Assembly: GCA_020524525.2 (NCBI GenBank)
Contig: CP129018.1
Span: forward strand, 1,204,115 to 1,244,114
DNA length: 40,000 nucleotides
Reading direction: 5' to 3'
Origin: Sutcliffiella tianshenii
Lineage (GTDB): Bacteria; Bacillota; Bacilli; Bacillales; Bacillaceae_N
Position numbers and translations under genes: made by a program. Below, one piece after another: positions 1 to 9,909 of this stretch. Every line of letters starts with the position of its first letter. Positions within the stretch are counted from its first letter, which is position 1. Under the pieces are notes generated by a model. That model saw nothing but the letters and a program-made list of their open reading frames with translations. It was not told the origin of the DNA and did no database searches.

Positions 1-8
1 TTCGAGAC

Positions 9-524
9 ATGGAAAAAGTAGAAAAGGTAAAAGCCTATTTGAGAAATCAAAGTGAACGTAATTACATACTTTTCTTCCTTGGTGTTAGTACAGGCCTGCG
101 GATATCTGACATTCTTGCTCTTAAGGTTGGAGATGTTAAAGGCACACACCTCAAGATGAAGGAGCTTAAGACAAGGAAATCAAAAAAGATAAGGTTAACG
201 CCTCAGCTGGGTAGAGATTTAAGAGCTTTCGTTGAAGGCAAGCCAGATCATCATTATGTGTTCAGGAGCAGAGAAGGAAGCAATAAACCAATTTCCCGCA
301 GCATGGCTTATAAAATATTAAGAAGCGCTGCTGAAAAACACAACCTTAAAGATATTGGGACTCATACACTACGAAAGACCTTTGGCTATCACTTTTATCA
401 TCAAACAAAGGATGTAGCCATGCTGCAAGAAATCTTCAATCATTCCGATCCGAAAATAACGCTAAGGTATATTGGCGTTAACCAGGACATTCTGGATAGC
501 GCCATGCTTAAGTTTAAAATTTGA
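9..524 (+). CDS. Tyrosine recombinase/integrase family protein, catalytic domain (possibly 5'-truncated by window edge)
   Basis: The frame is open back to the window edge. Catalytic signature is visible: TGLRISD (Arg), HTLRKT (His-x-x-Arg), NHSD (His), LRYI (Tyr nucleophile). Confidence 0.8.
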   Translation: MEKVEKVKAYLRNQSERNYILFFLGVSTGLRISDILALKVGDVKGTHLKMKELKTRKSKKIRLTPQLGRDLRAFVEGKPDHHYVFRSREGSNKPISRSMAYKILRSAAEKHNLKDIGTHTLRKTFGYHFYHQTKDVAMLQEIFNHSDPKITLRYIGVNQDILDSAMLKFKI

Positions 525-764
525 TTTACCCATTAATTCTCTTTAAATATGCGAATGTCGAATTTTTTTATAAAAAGCCTGTAGCTGTTGAGTGACAAGG
601 GGTTCAGCGCTTAGCCCAGTTACACTGTTTATCCATTGAAGGGAACTCTGTCATCCACTTGCCAGCTAATAGTGAGAAGGAAAATAATCATGATATATTT
701 ACAAATATTTGAAGGTTTGTAGATCCTTTTGTCGAATTAGAGTAGGCGAGAGGAGGTAGGGTTT

Positions 765-1496
765 TTGACTTTATTGGGTACAGCAATACAAGAAGTTGGG
801 AATAGTGAATTGAAAATAAAAGAGTTCATCACTTTAGTTGGTATAATTCTTACGTTCGTTGTTGGATTAATAAATATTTTTGTTACATTAAAAAATAATT
901 CAAGATCGTTGTATGTTAATGCAATAACTTCGGAGAGAGTAAAATGGATGGGTCAACTCAAAGAATTAGTATCTGAGTATTTGTCAATGACGACAGTATA
1001 TGACGATAAGCCCACATTAGAAGGTAAAGAATTTGCGGATTATATCGAGAGATTGATTTATTTGCAGAACAGAATTAAATTGCATTTAAACTATACTGAT
1101 CCAAAGGATGAAGAAATAAACGATTTAATAAGTAAGATAAATAATAAAATTACAGGTTTATACGAAATGAAAAACCTATTAAATTTGTCTGATGAAGAAA
1201 AGCGGAAGGAGTTAATTTCTCCAAAATTCAAAAAGTATTTTGAGGAGGTTGCAGAAGAAACTATTGGAGTCGAAGAAGCGAAAAGGTATTTCATGGGAGA
1301 ACAACAACTGGGAGTAGACTTTATTAACAATGTTATTAAAAAAATAAATGAAGATATAAAAAAGAAGTACGGGTATGAGGGGAAAAGAGACCTCGATAAT
1401 CATTTAAATGATTTAGTAGAAAAGTCAAGAGTGTATCTTAAAGAAGAATGGGAGAAAGTCAAAAAAGAAGCTAATAAAGGAAGATTAAAAAAGTGA
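765..1496 (+). CDS. Hypothetical single-pass membrane protein with long Lys/Glu-rich helical C-terminal part (moron candidate)
   Basis: TTG start sits 8 nt after AGGAGG. One hydrophobic helix (FITLVGIILTFVVGLINIFVTL). The rest is charged and coiled-coil-like. A weak hairpin plus T-run follows at about 1497-1524. No family recognised. Confidence 0.6.
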   Translation: MTLLGTAIQEVGNSELKIKEFITLVGIILTFVVGLINIFVTLKNNSRSLYVNAITSERVKWMGQLKELVSEYLSMTTVYDDKPTLEGKEFADYIERLIYLQNRIKLHLNYTDPKDEEINDLISKINNKITGLYEMKNLLNLSDEEKRKELISPKFKKYFEEVAEETIGVEEAKRYFMGEQQLGVDFINNVIKKINEDIKKKYGYEGKRDLDNHLNDLVEKSRVYLKEEWEKVKKEANKGRLKK

Positions 1497-1538
1497 GGAC
1501 CTCTTTAGAGGTGCTTTTTCTTTTGGAGTTGATTACCA

Positions 1539-1874
1539 TTGCCTGAATACAAAACAAAAGCACAAAAGAAAAAGTTCTACAATTCTACATCATGGGCAGG
1601 GAAGAATGGTATACGACAGCAAGCATTAAAGCGTGACAACTATGAATGTCAACGTTGTAAAAAACTCGGACGTGTTTATGTTGATTCAGTAAAGGTTGAA
1701 GGTGAACGAAAGAGTATTGAATTAAATGTTCATCACATTAAAGAAATCGAGGACCATCCTGAGTTAGCTCTCTCATTGCACAACACCACAACACTTTGCA
1801 TTCGTTGCCATAATGAAATTCACGAAAAAGGATATCAATACAAGGAACCCAGATGGAATGATGAGAAATGGTAG
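1539..1874 (+). CDS. Phage HNH endonuclease (packaging-associated)
   Basis: CQRC...HHIKEI...CIRCHNEIH zinc/HNH pattern. Position is immediately upstream of the terminase small subunit. Confidence 0.9.
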   Translation: MPEYKTKAQKKKFYNSTSWAGKNGIRQQALKRDNYECQRCKKLGRVYVDSVKVEGERKSIELNVHHIKEIEDHPELALSLHNTTTLCIRCHNEIHEKGYQYKEPRWNDEKW

Positions 1875-1876
1875 GT

Positions 1877-1985
1877 CCCCCCCGGTTAAAAAGTTTGGTT
1901 TTTACCGAAAAATCCATTGACCGCATGGGGACTCTTTTTTTCAGATTTTCACCTGAAAAGTTCACGATAGGGGGGGGGTGGGGGG
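1877..1985 (+). other. Candidate cos/packaging-recognition region
   Basis: HNH-TerS intergenic region. C7 run at 1877-1883, perfect 14-bp palindrome TTTTCACCTGAAAA at 1946-1959, and G9-T-G6 at 1970-1985, all in an otherwise AT-rich background. Confidence 0.4.
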
Positions 1986-1988
1986 ATA

Positions 1989-2297
1989 ATGGCAGTTGCA
2001 ATTACAAAGTTAAAAAAGCAGCTAATGGAACGCATCGATACAGAAGACCTGGTACAAGTTGAAAAAGTTGAGCGATATATCAGCTTAGTCAAATCTTTTC
2101 GTCGTGTGAGTAAGACGATAGAACAAGAAGGAGAATCTGTTGTCACCCAGAACGGAGCGCAGCGCTTTACGAAAGCCCACCCTTTAATCGGTGAGCGAAA
2201 TAAAATAAACGCCTCTCTTCTCAGCATTGAAAAATCATTTGGATTTGAACCTGAAGCACCAGAAGAAAATAAGCGCTCACTTAATGACTTAATATGA
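1989..2297 (+). CDS. terS: Terminase small subunit (P27-like)
   Basis: About 100 aa. Lies directly upstream of TerL with an ATGA overlap. Resembles P27-family small terminases (QNGAQRFTKAHPLIGERNK). Confidence 0.75.
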   Translation: MAVAITKLKKQLMERIDTEDLVQVEKVERYISLVKSFRRVSKTIEQEGESVVTQNGAQRFTKAHPLIGERNKINASLLSIEKSFGFEPEAPEENKRSLNDLI

Positions 2298-3928
2298 TTC
2301 GCAATAAGCACGTTGATGAATATATTCGTCAGTATAAATCGGGTGAAATAAAGCTAAATAAAGAGCGCATAATGCTGATTGAATACCTGGAGAAATACAT
2401 ACTGACGAGAGATGATTTATATTTCGATGATGAAATGATCGATAATTTTATCAAGTTTACAGAGAAGTGGTATTTCCCTTTGCAGTCGTTTCAGAAGTTT
2501 TTGGCTGCATTTGTGTTTTTGTTTTACAAAGCGGATGACTCAGTTTTCTATGAGCAATTTCTTTGGACCATGGCAAGAGGAGCTGGAAAGAACGGGCTTA
2601 TATCTGCTCTTGGTCATTTTTTAATTAGTCCGTTGCATGGAATACAAAGATACAATATCTCTATTGTGGCCAACAGCGAACTACAAGCGAAGACGTCATT
2701 CAAGGAAATTTATGATGTGGTTGGTTCTGCTGAAGTGTTGGAAGATATGTTTTATCGCACGAAAGTTGAAATAACAAGTAATGATACTAAAAGTATGCTG
2801 CAGTTTCACACGTCAAACGCAAACACTAAAGACGGTTTACGAGACGGAGCGGTCATTTATGATGAAATTCACCAATACGAAAATTACGATACGGTAAATG
2901 TATTCTCTAGCGGACTTGGAAAAGTACCGAATGCTAGGGAATTTTTTATTGGTACCGACGGGTTTGTTCGTGAAGGATTCTTAGACAAGATGAAGGAACG
3001 GGCGTTAAACATATTGGAAGGTAAAGAACTAGATGATCCTCTGTTTCCGTTCATCTGTAAGATTGATGATGCAAAAGAAATGGACAATCCTGATAGGTGG
3101 GAAAAAGCGAATCCGATGTTCAGCGAGCCAAGAAGCTCATACGCTAAAGGATTATTTAAAAAGGTCCTCACTCAGTATAAGCAGCTTGTTAACAACCCTT
3201 CCAATCGAGAAGAATTTATGACAAAGCGGATGAACTTCCCTGAAGTTGACTTGAATAAAACGGTTGCTTCTTGGGGTGACATATTGGCAACAAACAGACC
3301 ATTCCCAGAGTTGGCCCATCGTACAGCTGTAGGCGGATTGGATTTTGCCAGCATCAAAGACTTTGCTGCAGTTGGTTTGCTTTTTAAAGTTGGTGATGAC
3401 TATGTTTGGAAAACCCATTCGTTTGTAAGACAAGGTTTCTTAAACAACGTAAAGTTAAAAATCCCAGTTAAGGAATGGGAAGCGAGGGGCCTTTTAACGA
3501 TTGTCGATGAGCCTGTTATTAATATCTCCCACATTGTAAATTGGTTTTGTAACATGCGCGAGCAGTATGGAGTCAATACAATTTGTGCTGATACCTTTCG
3601 TTTAGATTTGGTCAAAACAGCTTTGGAAGCGGAAGGGTTTGAGTTGCTCTATATTCGAAACCCCAAGGCTATTCATTCACTTCTAGCTCCTAGAGTAGAA
3701 ACGATGTTTGCAAATCAAAACATTATATTTGATGATAATCCTCTCATGCGGTGGTACACAAATAATGTCTATGTTCATATTAAGAAGGACGGTAATAAAG
3801 AGTTCTTGAAGAAAGATGAATTTAGACGAAAGACAGATGGATTCCACGCTTTTATTCATGCGCTGTGGCAGGCTGACAATATCCTTGAAGAAGATGTAGA
3901 CTTCTTCATCGGCAATATCAAATTCTGA
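2294..3928 (+). CDS. terL: Terminase large subunit
   Basis: 544 aa. Walker A-like ARGAGKNG and IYDEIHQ (Walker B region), with a C-terminal nuclease-type region. Position is between TerS and portal. Confidence 0.95.
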   Translation: MIRNKHVDEYIRQYKSGEIKLNKERIMLIEYLEKYILTRDDLYFDDEMIDNFIKFTEKWYFPLQSFQKFLAAFVFLFYKADDSVFYEQFLWTMARGAGKNGLISALGHFLISPLHGIQRYNISIVANSELQAKTSFKEIYDVVGSAEVLEDMFYRTKVEITSNDTKSMLQFHTSNANTKDGLRDGAVIYDEIHQYENYDTVNVFSSGLGKVPNAREFFIGTDGFVREGFLDKMKERALNILEGKELDDPLFPFICKIDDAKEMDNPDRWEKANPMFSEPRSSYAKGLFKKVLTQYKQLVNNPSNREEFMTKRMNFPEVDLNKTVASWGDILATNRPFPELAHRTAVGGLDFASIKDFAAVGLLFKVGDDYVWKTHSFVRQGFLNNVKLKIPVKEWEARGLLTIVDEPVINISHIVNWFCNMREQYGVNTICADTFRLDLVKTALEAEGFELLYIRNPKAIHSLLAPRVETMFANQNIIFDDNPLMRWYTNNVYVHIKKDGNKEFLKKDEFRRKTDGFHAFIHALWQADNILEEDVDFFIGNIKF

Positions 3929-5088
3929 TGTGGGGGGTGAGTAGAATAGGATTTCTAGACACGATTTTTAAACGGAACAGCGAATTAGGGTTTATGTTTG
4001 ATGTGGAAATGTTTCAAGAAACAACAACTCGAATTCACATGAAGCGTTTGGCGCTCGAAGTGTGCGCGTCATTTCTTGCTAGGACGATTAGCCAATCTGA
4101 ATTTAGAATACGAAACGGAGATAAGTATGAAAAAGATGAACTGTACTATCGTTTAAATGTACGGCCCAGCAAGAACACAACTGCAAGTACTTTCTGGCAG
4201 CGTGTAGTGTACAAGCTTATTTATGACAATGAGTGCCTTATCATTCAAGCTGATGATGAGGATTTGCTCGTTGCGGATGATTTTGAACATAAAGAGTATG
4301 CCGTGATGGAAGATATCTTCGTGAAGGTGAGACTCAAAGAGTACGAGTTTAAGAGGGCATTCAAGCAAAGCGAAGTCATTCATCTTAAATATTCGAACGA
4401 AAAGCTTTCACCCTTGATTGATAGTTTGTTTGCGGATTACGGTGACTTGTTTGGCCGTCTTCTAAATTCTCAAAAAAGAAAAAATCAAATTCGCGGTACA
4501 GTCGATATGGATATGTTAGCTGCTAAAAGTCGGGAACACCAAGCAAAGCTTCAAGAGTTTATCGACAACATGTATAAAGCAGTAGGCGAAAAAGATATTG
4601 CCATTATCCCACAACAGCCAGGCTTTAAATACAATGAAGTCTCGGACGGAAATTCAAATAATGCTCAGAGCGTGGATGAAATAAACAAAGTGACGAACGG
4701 CTTTTTAAATCAAGTTGCATTAGCATTTGGGATTCCGAAAAGCCTCATCTATGGGGATATGGCAGATGTAGAAAAACAAACGAGGAACTATATGATGTTT
4801 ACTGTCAGCCCATTACTTAAAAAAATACGTGATGAGTGTAATTCAAAATTCTTCACTAGAAAACAGTACTTAGCGGGCAATAGATTAGAAATTAAGCAAA
4901 TTTCATATAACAGCCTGTTTGACCTTGCCACAAGCATTGATAAATTAGTTTCAAGCGGTACCTTCACTGCAAATGAAATTAGACAGGAGGCAGGATATGA
5001 GCCATCCAGCGATCCTAAATTGGACAAGCACTACATTACTAAGAACTATCAAGAAATGAATACGAAAGAAGGAGGTGAAGATAAATGA
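3928..5088 (+). CDS. Portal protein (HK97 family)
   Basis: 386 aa directly after TerL. Start overlaps the TerL stop. Followed by a ClpP-like protease and capsid. Confidence 0.9.
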   Translation: MWGVSRIGFLDTIFKRNSELGFMFDVEMFQETTTRIHMKRLALEVCASFLARTISQSEFRIRNGDKYEKDELYYRLNVRPSKNTTASTFWQRVVYKLIYDNECLIIQADDEDLLVADDFEHKEYAVMEDIFVKVRLKEYEFKRAFKQSEVIHLKYSNEKLSPLIDSLFADYGDLFGRLLNSQKRKNQIRGTVDMDMLAAKSREHQAKLQEFIDNMYKAVGEKDIAIIPQQPGFKYNEVSDGNSNNAQSVDEINKVTNGFLNQVALAFGIPKSLIYGDMADVEKQTRNYMMFTVSPLLKKIRDECNSKFFTRKQYLAGNRLEIKQISYNSLFDLATSIDKLVSSGTFTANEIRQEAGYEPSSDPKLDKHYITKNYQEMNTKEGGEDK

Positions 5089-5810
5089 GGCATAAAATCA
5101 AAGGTGACATTATCAGCTGGAATTCATCTATTTGGGACTTTAATCAAAAGATGAGGTCGATTAAAGAGGATGAGGACATTGAGCTAGAAATCAACAGTTA
5201 TGGTGGTGATGTATTTTTAGGGATTGACTTATGTAATACCCTTCGCGCTCATAAAGGGAAAGTAACGGCTATTATTACAGGTATTGCTGCCAGTGCTGCC
5301 TCTGTTATTGTTATGGGAGCAGATGAAATTAAAGCTTATAACAACACACAAATAATGCTTCATAATGCATGGACAATTGCAATGGGCAACTCCAAAGAAT
5401 TAAGGAAAGTAGCGGATGACTTAGAAAGCATTAATGAATCTGTTTTAGCTTCTTACACACAACGCTTGGATGAAAAAACAGCAAAGAAACTCCTGGATGA
5501 TGAAACGTACTTATCGGCTAAAAAAGCAAAAGAATATGGACTAGTTGATGAGGTTCTTGGGGAGGCAGTTGCTGAGGAAGTTGAGTCGGAAATCTTCGAG
5601 AACAAAGCGAAAGAGTTCAATAATAAAATCGTTGCTGCTAACAACAATAGATTAATTGCTGCAAGTGGAAGTATGGATGCTGAATCAATAAATCAAATGC
5701 TTAGTGAATTGAGAAATGAAATCGAACAACTTAAAAATTCAAATCAAAAAGAGCTTGGCCAAGAACCTGTAAAAAGCAGAAACTTAGGCAAGCTCTTTTT
5801 AAATTTATAA
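5085..5810 (+). CDS. Prohead maturation protease (ClpP/S14-like)
   Basis: INSYGGDVFLGIDLCNTL...ITGIAASAASVIVMGADE is the ClpP-family core. Position is portal-protease-capsid. Confidence 0.9.
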   Translation: MRHKIKGDIISWNSSIWDFNQKMRSIKEDEDIELEINSYGGDVFLGIDLCNTLRAHKGKVTAIITGIAASAASVIVMGADEIKAYNNTQIMLHNAWTIAMGNSKELRKVADDLESINESVLASYTQRLDEKTAKKLLDDETYLSAKKAKEYGLVDEVLGEAVAEEVESEIFENKAKEFNNKIVAANNNRLIAASGSMDAESINQMLSELRNEIEQLKNSNQKELGQEPVKSRNLGKLFLNL

Positions 5811-5829
5811 AATTTGGAGGAATTTATCT

Positions 5830-6978
5830 ATGACTATTAAGTTTAAAAAATCAGAAGCATTTAACGAGGCAAAAGCAAAATTGACGACTGTACTTGCAAA
5901 CGCAGAATCCACGCAAGAGGAACAAACAGAAGCCTTTCAGGACTTCTTTGACGCGTTGCAATCTAATGTAGTTAACACAGTACGCTCTCAAGTCAATGAT
6001 GAAATGCTAGATCGTTCTATTCTGCAGCAACGAGGTCAAAATGTTCTTACCAGCGAAGAGACTAAGTTCTTTAATGCAGTTGTGCAAGATGGTGGGTTCA
6101 AAGACGATGCTCTTCTTCCAGTCACTACTCAAGAGCGTGTATTTGAAGATTTGAAAACTGAACATCCTTTACTTAAGGCGATTGGTCTCCAAGACTTAGG
6201 AGCGGTTACAAAGTTCATTTATTCTGATGCCACTAAAGCTTATGCATGGGGTGAATTGTTTGGTGACATTAGAGGACAAGTCAATGCAGCGTTCAAAGAA
6301 GAGAAGATTGGACAACTTAAATTGACTGCATTTGCTGCTATTCCTAATGACATGCTTGAATTAGGACCTGAATGGATCGAGCGTTATGTTCGCACTGTAT
6401 TGATTGAATCATATTCTGTTGGTTTGGAATTTGGTTTTGTTAACGGGGGAGGCGCGGTTGCAAGTCAGCCTGTCGGATTAATCAAAGATGTTGATCCAAC
6501 TACTGGGGCAATTACTGATAAGACGTCATCTGGAACATTGACATTTGCCCCATCTGACAAAGGACAAATTGTAGCAGGGGAACTTTATGAAGTCGTAAAG
6601 GCTCTCTCTACTGATGCTTCCGGTAAAAACCGTAAAGTCTTAAACAAGGTTGTAATGGTTGTAAATCCAGTTGATGCGATCGGTGTCCAGGCCCGTAATA
6701 CAATTCAGACTCCTAGCGGTCAATGGGTGATGGCCTTGCCGTATAACATTCAAGTTGTGGAGTCAGAAGAAGTGCCTGTCGGTAAAGCAATTTTCTTTGT
6801 TAAAGGCCAGTATCTTGCAGCTATTGCTGGTGGCTACAAGCTGAAGAAGTTCGACCAAACACTTGCTATTGAGGATGCCACACTGTACACAATTAAGCAG
6901 TTTGCTAACGGCAAGCCAAAAGATAATAAGGCAGCACTTGTGTATGACTTAGATATTGACTTTACCCCAGCAGTTTAA
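5830..6978 (+). CDS. Major capsid protein (HK97 fold family)
   Basis: 382 aa. N-terminal helical delta-like segment, strong SD (GGAGG), position after the protease. Confidence 0.9.
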   Translation: MTIKFKKSEAFNEAKAKLTTVLANAESTQEEQTEAFQDFFDALQSNVVNTVRSQVNDEMLDRSILQQRGQNVLTSEETKFFNAVVQDGGFKDDALLPVTTQERVFEDLKTEHPLLKAIGLQDLGAVTKFIYSDATKAYAWGELFGDIRGQVNAAFKEEKIGQLKLTAFAAIPNDMLELGPEWIERYVRTVLIESYSVGLEFGFVNGGGAVASQPVGLIKDVDPTTGAITDKTSSGTLTFAPSDKGQIVAGELYEVVKALSTDASGKNRKVLNKVVMVVNPVDAIGVQARNTIQTPSGQWVMALPYNIQVVESEEVPVGKAIFFVKGQYLAAIAGGYKLKKFDQTLAIEDATLYTIKQFANGKPKDNKAALVYDLDIDFTPAV

Positions 6979-7000
6979 AATGAAAGGAGTATAGTCTCAC

Positions 7001-7318
7001 ATGCCTTACAAAGTGATTAATAGGTTTTTAGACAAAGAGAATGGCACTCTTTATGAGGTTGGTGACGAGTTTCCTAAAGGAAATACTGAACCTACTAAAG
7101 AAAGAATTGTCGAGCTGTCAAAGAAGCATCCGAAGTATCAGAAAGCATTCATAGAGGAATTAAAAGATGATGGGGCAGCTCTTACGAAAACTGAATTGAA
7201 AAAGTTGAACAAAAGTGAACAAGAGCAGTTAATTAAAGACTTGAATGGCGACCCAAGCAATGCTAAAAATGAAGAAGACCGTGTTACTTTGATTTTGAAG
7301 CTGCAAAAAGGTGACTGA
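7001..7318 (+). CDS. Hypothetical phage head-region protein
   Basis: SD AAAGGAG upstream, co-linear in the head module. No family recognised. Confidence 0.6.
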   Translation: MPYKVINRFLDKENGTLYEVGDEFPKGNTEPTKERIVELSKKHPKYQKAFIEELKDDGAALTKTELKKLNKSEQEQLIKDLNGDPSNAKNEEDRVTLILKLQKGD

Positions 7319-7345
7319 ACTCCTGGCTGATAGGAGGCATAAAAA

Positions 7346-7648
7346 ATGACCATTAGTGATGAAGTTTTGAACCAATTTAAAGAGAGGATGCACTTGGGGG
7401 ACGATGAAGATGAAAACCTAAGACGCATCCTTTCTTCATCTGTTACAGCATTAAAAAGAGCTTGTGGAAGTTATGACATAAATACAGATGAAACGTTCAA
7501 AGAGCTAGTTTTTGAGCGCTCTAGGTATGTTTATAACGATGCTTTAGAGTTTTTTAACCGAAACTTTTTAAGTGAAATCAATAGTTTAGGTATTGATAAA
7601 GCCCTTGCAGAAATTGTTTTAGAGGATGATACAGATGCAGCCATTTAG
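7346..7648 (+). CDS. Head-tail connector protein (gp6-like)
   Basis: About 100 aa with the LGDDEDENLRRILSSSVTALKRACG pattern typical of gp6-like connectors, plus synteny. Confidence 0.75.
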   Translation: MTISDEVLNQFKERMHLGDDEDENLRRILSSSVTALKRACGSYDINTDETFKELVFERSRYVYNDALEFFNRNFLSEINSLGIDKALAEIVLEDDTDAAI

Positions 7649-7991
7649 ATACAAGCCTAAGGTAAATTCCGGTGAATTAAGAAATCGAATTGACGTATAC
7701 GGAAAAACGAAAACAACTAATGAATTAGGTGAAATAACACAGTCATTCAGCAAGGTTAAATCTATTTGGGCTGCTGTTGTCCCTCAAACTGGTAAGATGC
7801 AAAAACAACAAGTTGAAACCATTTTAACGAATGTCACTCATAAAGTTATTGTCAGGCACAACGCAGGTAAGGAAATTACACCTGACATGTATATCATGTT
7901 CAGGGAGAAACGCTTTGATATTGAATATATTCTCAATCCTTACTTTAAAAATGAGACGCTTGAAATCTTCTGCAGGGAAGTGATCGAGTAA
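7626..7991 (+). CDS. Head closure / head-tail adaptor protein
   Basis: LRNRIDVY...WAAVVPQTGK...THKVIVR pattern of phage head-tail joining proteins. The true start is probably ATG 7635, 9 nt after GAGGA. Confidence 0.75.
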   Translation: MIQMQPFRYKPKVNSGELRNRIDVYGKTKTTNELGEITQSFSKVKSIWAAVVPQTGKMQKQQVETILTNVTHKVIVRHNAGKEITPDMYIMFREKRFDIEYILNPYFKNETLEIFCREVIE

Positions 7992-8407
7992 TGGAAATTG
8001 AAGGTTTGACTGAATTTCAACGGGATTTGTTAGAAGTAGCTCAACGGAAATTGCCAAAAGAAAGTAAAAAGGCTATGCGAAAGGTTGGCAGCAAAGCAAG
8101 AACCCAGGTCGCAAGAAGAGCAAGGAAGGAAGTCAACAAAGTAACAGGCACCTACCAGAAGAGATGGAAGCGGGGAAAAGTCTTCATTGGTGAAAACAAA
8201 GAAATCGTTGTACGTGTATATAATTCAGCACCTCATGCTCACTTAATTGAGGATGGCCATAGACAGGTAACAAAAGATGGCCGAGAAGTCGGGTTTGTAA
8301 GAGGAAAGCATGTGCTGGAGAAATCAATGAAGGAGTTTGAGGACAGGGAGATAGAAAAAATGCTGGGTGATTGGCTAGATGGTTTGTTAGAGGAAGGTTC
8401 TCTATGA
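7991..8407 (+). CDS. HK97 gp10 family tail-component protein
   Basis: YNSAPHAHLIEDGHR motif region and synteny. Confidence 0.75.
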   Translation: MEIEGLTEFQRDLLEVAQRKLPKESKKAMRKVGSKARTQVARRARKEVNKVTGTYQKRWKRGKVFIGENKEIVVRVYNSAPHAHLIEDGHRQVTKDGREVGFVRGKHVLEKSMKEFEDREIEKMLGDWLDGLLEEGSL

Positions 8408-8832
8408 TTACGTTAAAAGATATTAAGAAATCCATAAATTCTAAAATTAGTGCTGCATTTGCTGGGATTGATATTCAATCGACAGACGTATCAGAAGGCT
8501 TTCATAGACCTTCTATTTTTGTGGAGTTTGACAATATGAAAAAAGAATCTTTTCCAGAACAAATTCGTCGAAGCTTAACTGTGCGAATTTATTATTTTCC
8601 TTCAGATAGAAGTCAGCATTCCATTGAATTGTTAGAGGTTCAGGAACGTTTAGAAGCGCTGTTTGATTTAAAACTGGACGTTCTTAATCGAAAATTTAAC
8701 ATTCAAGACGTGTCAACCAATATTGTTGATGGCGTACTTAATTTTTATTTTGATATTGCCTATGAAGAAGGAAAAGAAATTGATGAAAGTAACATTGAAA
8801 AGATGTTAACTCTTGAACTAACGAAAGGGTGA
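8404..8832 (+). CDS. Putative tail completion/terminator protein (position-based)
   Basis: ATGA overlap with the preceding stop (start 8404 rather than the ORF-track 8371). Lies immediately upstream of the sheath gene. Confidence 0.5.
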   Translation: MITLKDIKKSINSKISAAFAGIDIQSTDVSEGFHRPSIFVEFDNMKKESFPEQIRRSLTVRIYYFPSDRSQHSIELLEVQERLEALFDLKLDVLNRKFNIQDVSTNIVDGVLNFYFDIAYEEGKEIDESNIEKMLTLELTKG

Positions 8833-9896
8833 ATATGGTGGGGCTGCCAGAAATCAATATTGAGTTTAAAGGGAAAGCAGTAAGTGCAGTGAAGCGGAGT
8901 GCAAGAGGTATTGTTGCACTTATTTTGCATGATGATACCGGAAGCTTTGAGACGAAAGTGTATACAGAGAGTACTCAAGTTGAAGGCACTGATTGGACCG
9001 AAGAAAACATTGATCTCATTAAAGTTGCCTTCAAAGCCAATCCTGCCAAAGTCATATGTGAGCGATTAGATACGACCGCAACCGATTTAGCTGCAGGGCT
9101 AACAAGATTAGGGAGCAAAAGGTTTAATTACTTAGCCATTCCTTCAATCACAACAGAGCAAGTACCTGATGTAGAAACATGGATTAAAAGTAAGCGTGAA
9201 AGTGATAAGCGCTCGTATAAAGCCGTTTTACCGCATGCCGACTCCGATCATGAAGGGATTATTAACTTCGCGACAAGCGACATTGTTGTGGGAGAAAAAA
9301 CATACACAACCGAAGCTTATTGTGTTCGGATTGCCGGTATTTTAGCTGCATTGCCATTTACGCGTTCTGCAACCTATTATGAGCTTTCAGAAGTGGATTC
9401 AATTATTGAAAGTACCGATCCAAACGGAGACATTGATGCTGGAAAGCTGATTCTCATTAATGACGGTGAAAAAATCAAGATTGGGCGAGGCGTGAACAGT
9501 TTAACCACCACAACATTGAATAAAACAGAGGACTTCAAAAAGATTCGGGTTGTGGAAGTGATGGACCTCATGTCAGACGATATTCGTTCTACTTATGACA
9601 ATTATTATGTAGGGAAAGTAAACAATATCTATGACAATCAAGTATTATTTTTCACTTCCATTAACGCCTATTTTGAAGGACTAGAAGCTGATGAAATTCT
9701 TGACCCGAACTTTGATAACAGGTCTGGCGTAAATATAGAAGCTCAACGCTTAGCATGGGAAAGTATTGGCATTGACACAAGCGAATGGTCTGAGCAACAA
9801 GTGAAAGAAAACACATTTAAGAGTAAAGTTTTTGCAAAAGCAAACGTGAAAATTGTTGATGCAATGGAAGACTTAGACTTCCAAATTGCAATGTAA
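8829..9896 (+). CDS. Tail sheath protein (XkdK-like)
   Basis: 355 aa upstream of an XkdM-like tube protein. The start may be ATG 8835. Confidence 0.8.
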   Translation: MNMVGLPEINIEFKGKAVSAVKRSARGIVALILHDDTGSFETKVYTESTQVEGTDWTEENIDLIKVAFKANPAKVICERLDTTATDLAAGLTRLGSKRFNYLAIPSITTEQVPDVETWIKSKRESDKRSYKAVLPHADSDHEGIINFATSDIVVGEKTYTTEAYCVRIAGILAALPFTRSATYYELSEVDSIIESTDPNGDIDAGKLILINDGEKIKIGRGVNSLTTTTLNKTEDFKKIRVVEVMDLMSDDIRSTYDNYYVGKVNNIYDNQVLFFTSINAYFEGLEADEILDPNFDNRSGVNIEAQRLAWESIGIDTSEWSEQQVKENTFKSKVFAKANVKIVDAMEDLDFQIAM

Positions 9897-9909
9897 GGAG
9901 GCGAGAAAT

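Noticed and set aside
1738-2311. ORFs 1738..2001(-), 1868..2062(+) and 1949..2311(-) spanning the HNH-terS spacer.
   Set aside because: They are produced by the homopolymer C/G runs (poly-Pro/poly-Gly translations) and overlap terS and HNH. There is no SD. The region is better explained as a cos/regulatory spacer.
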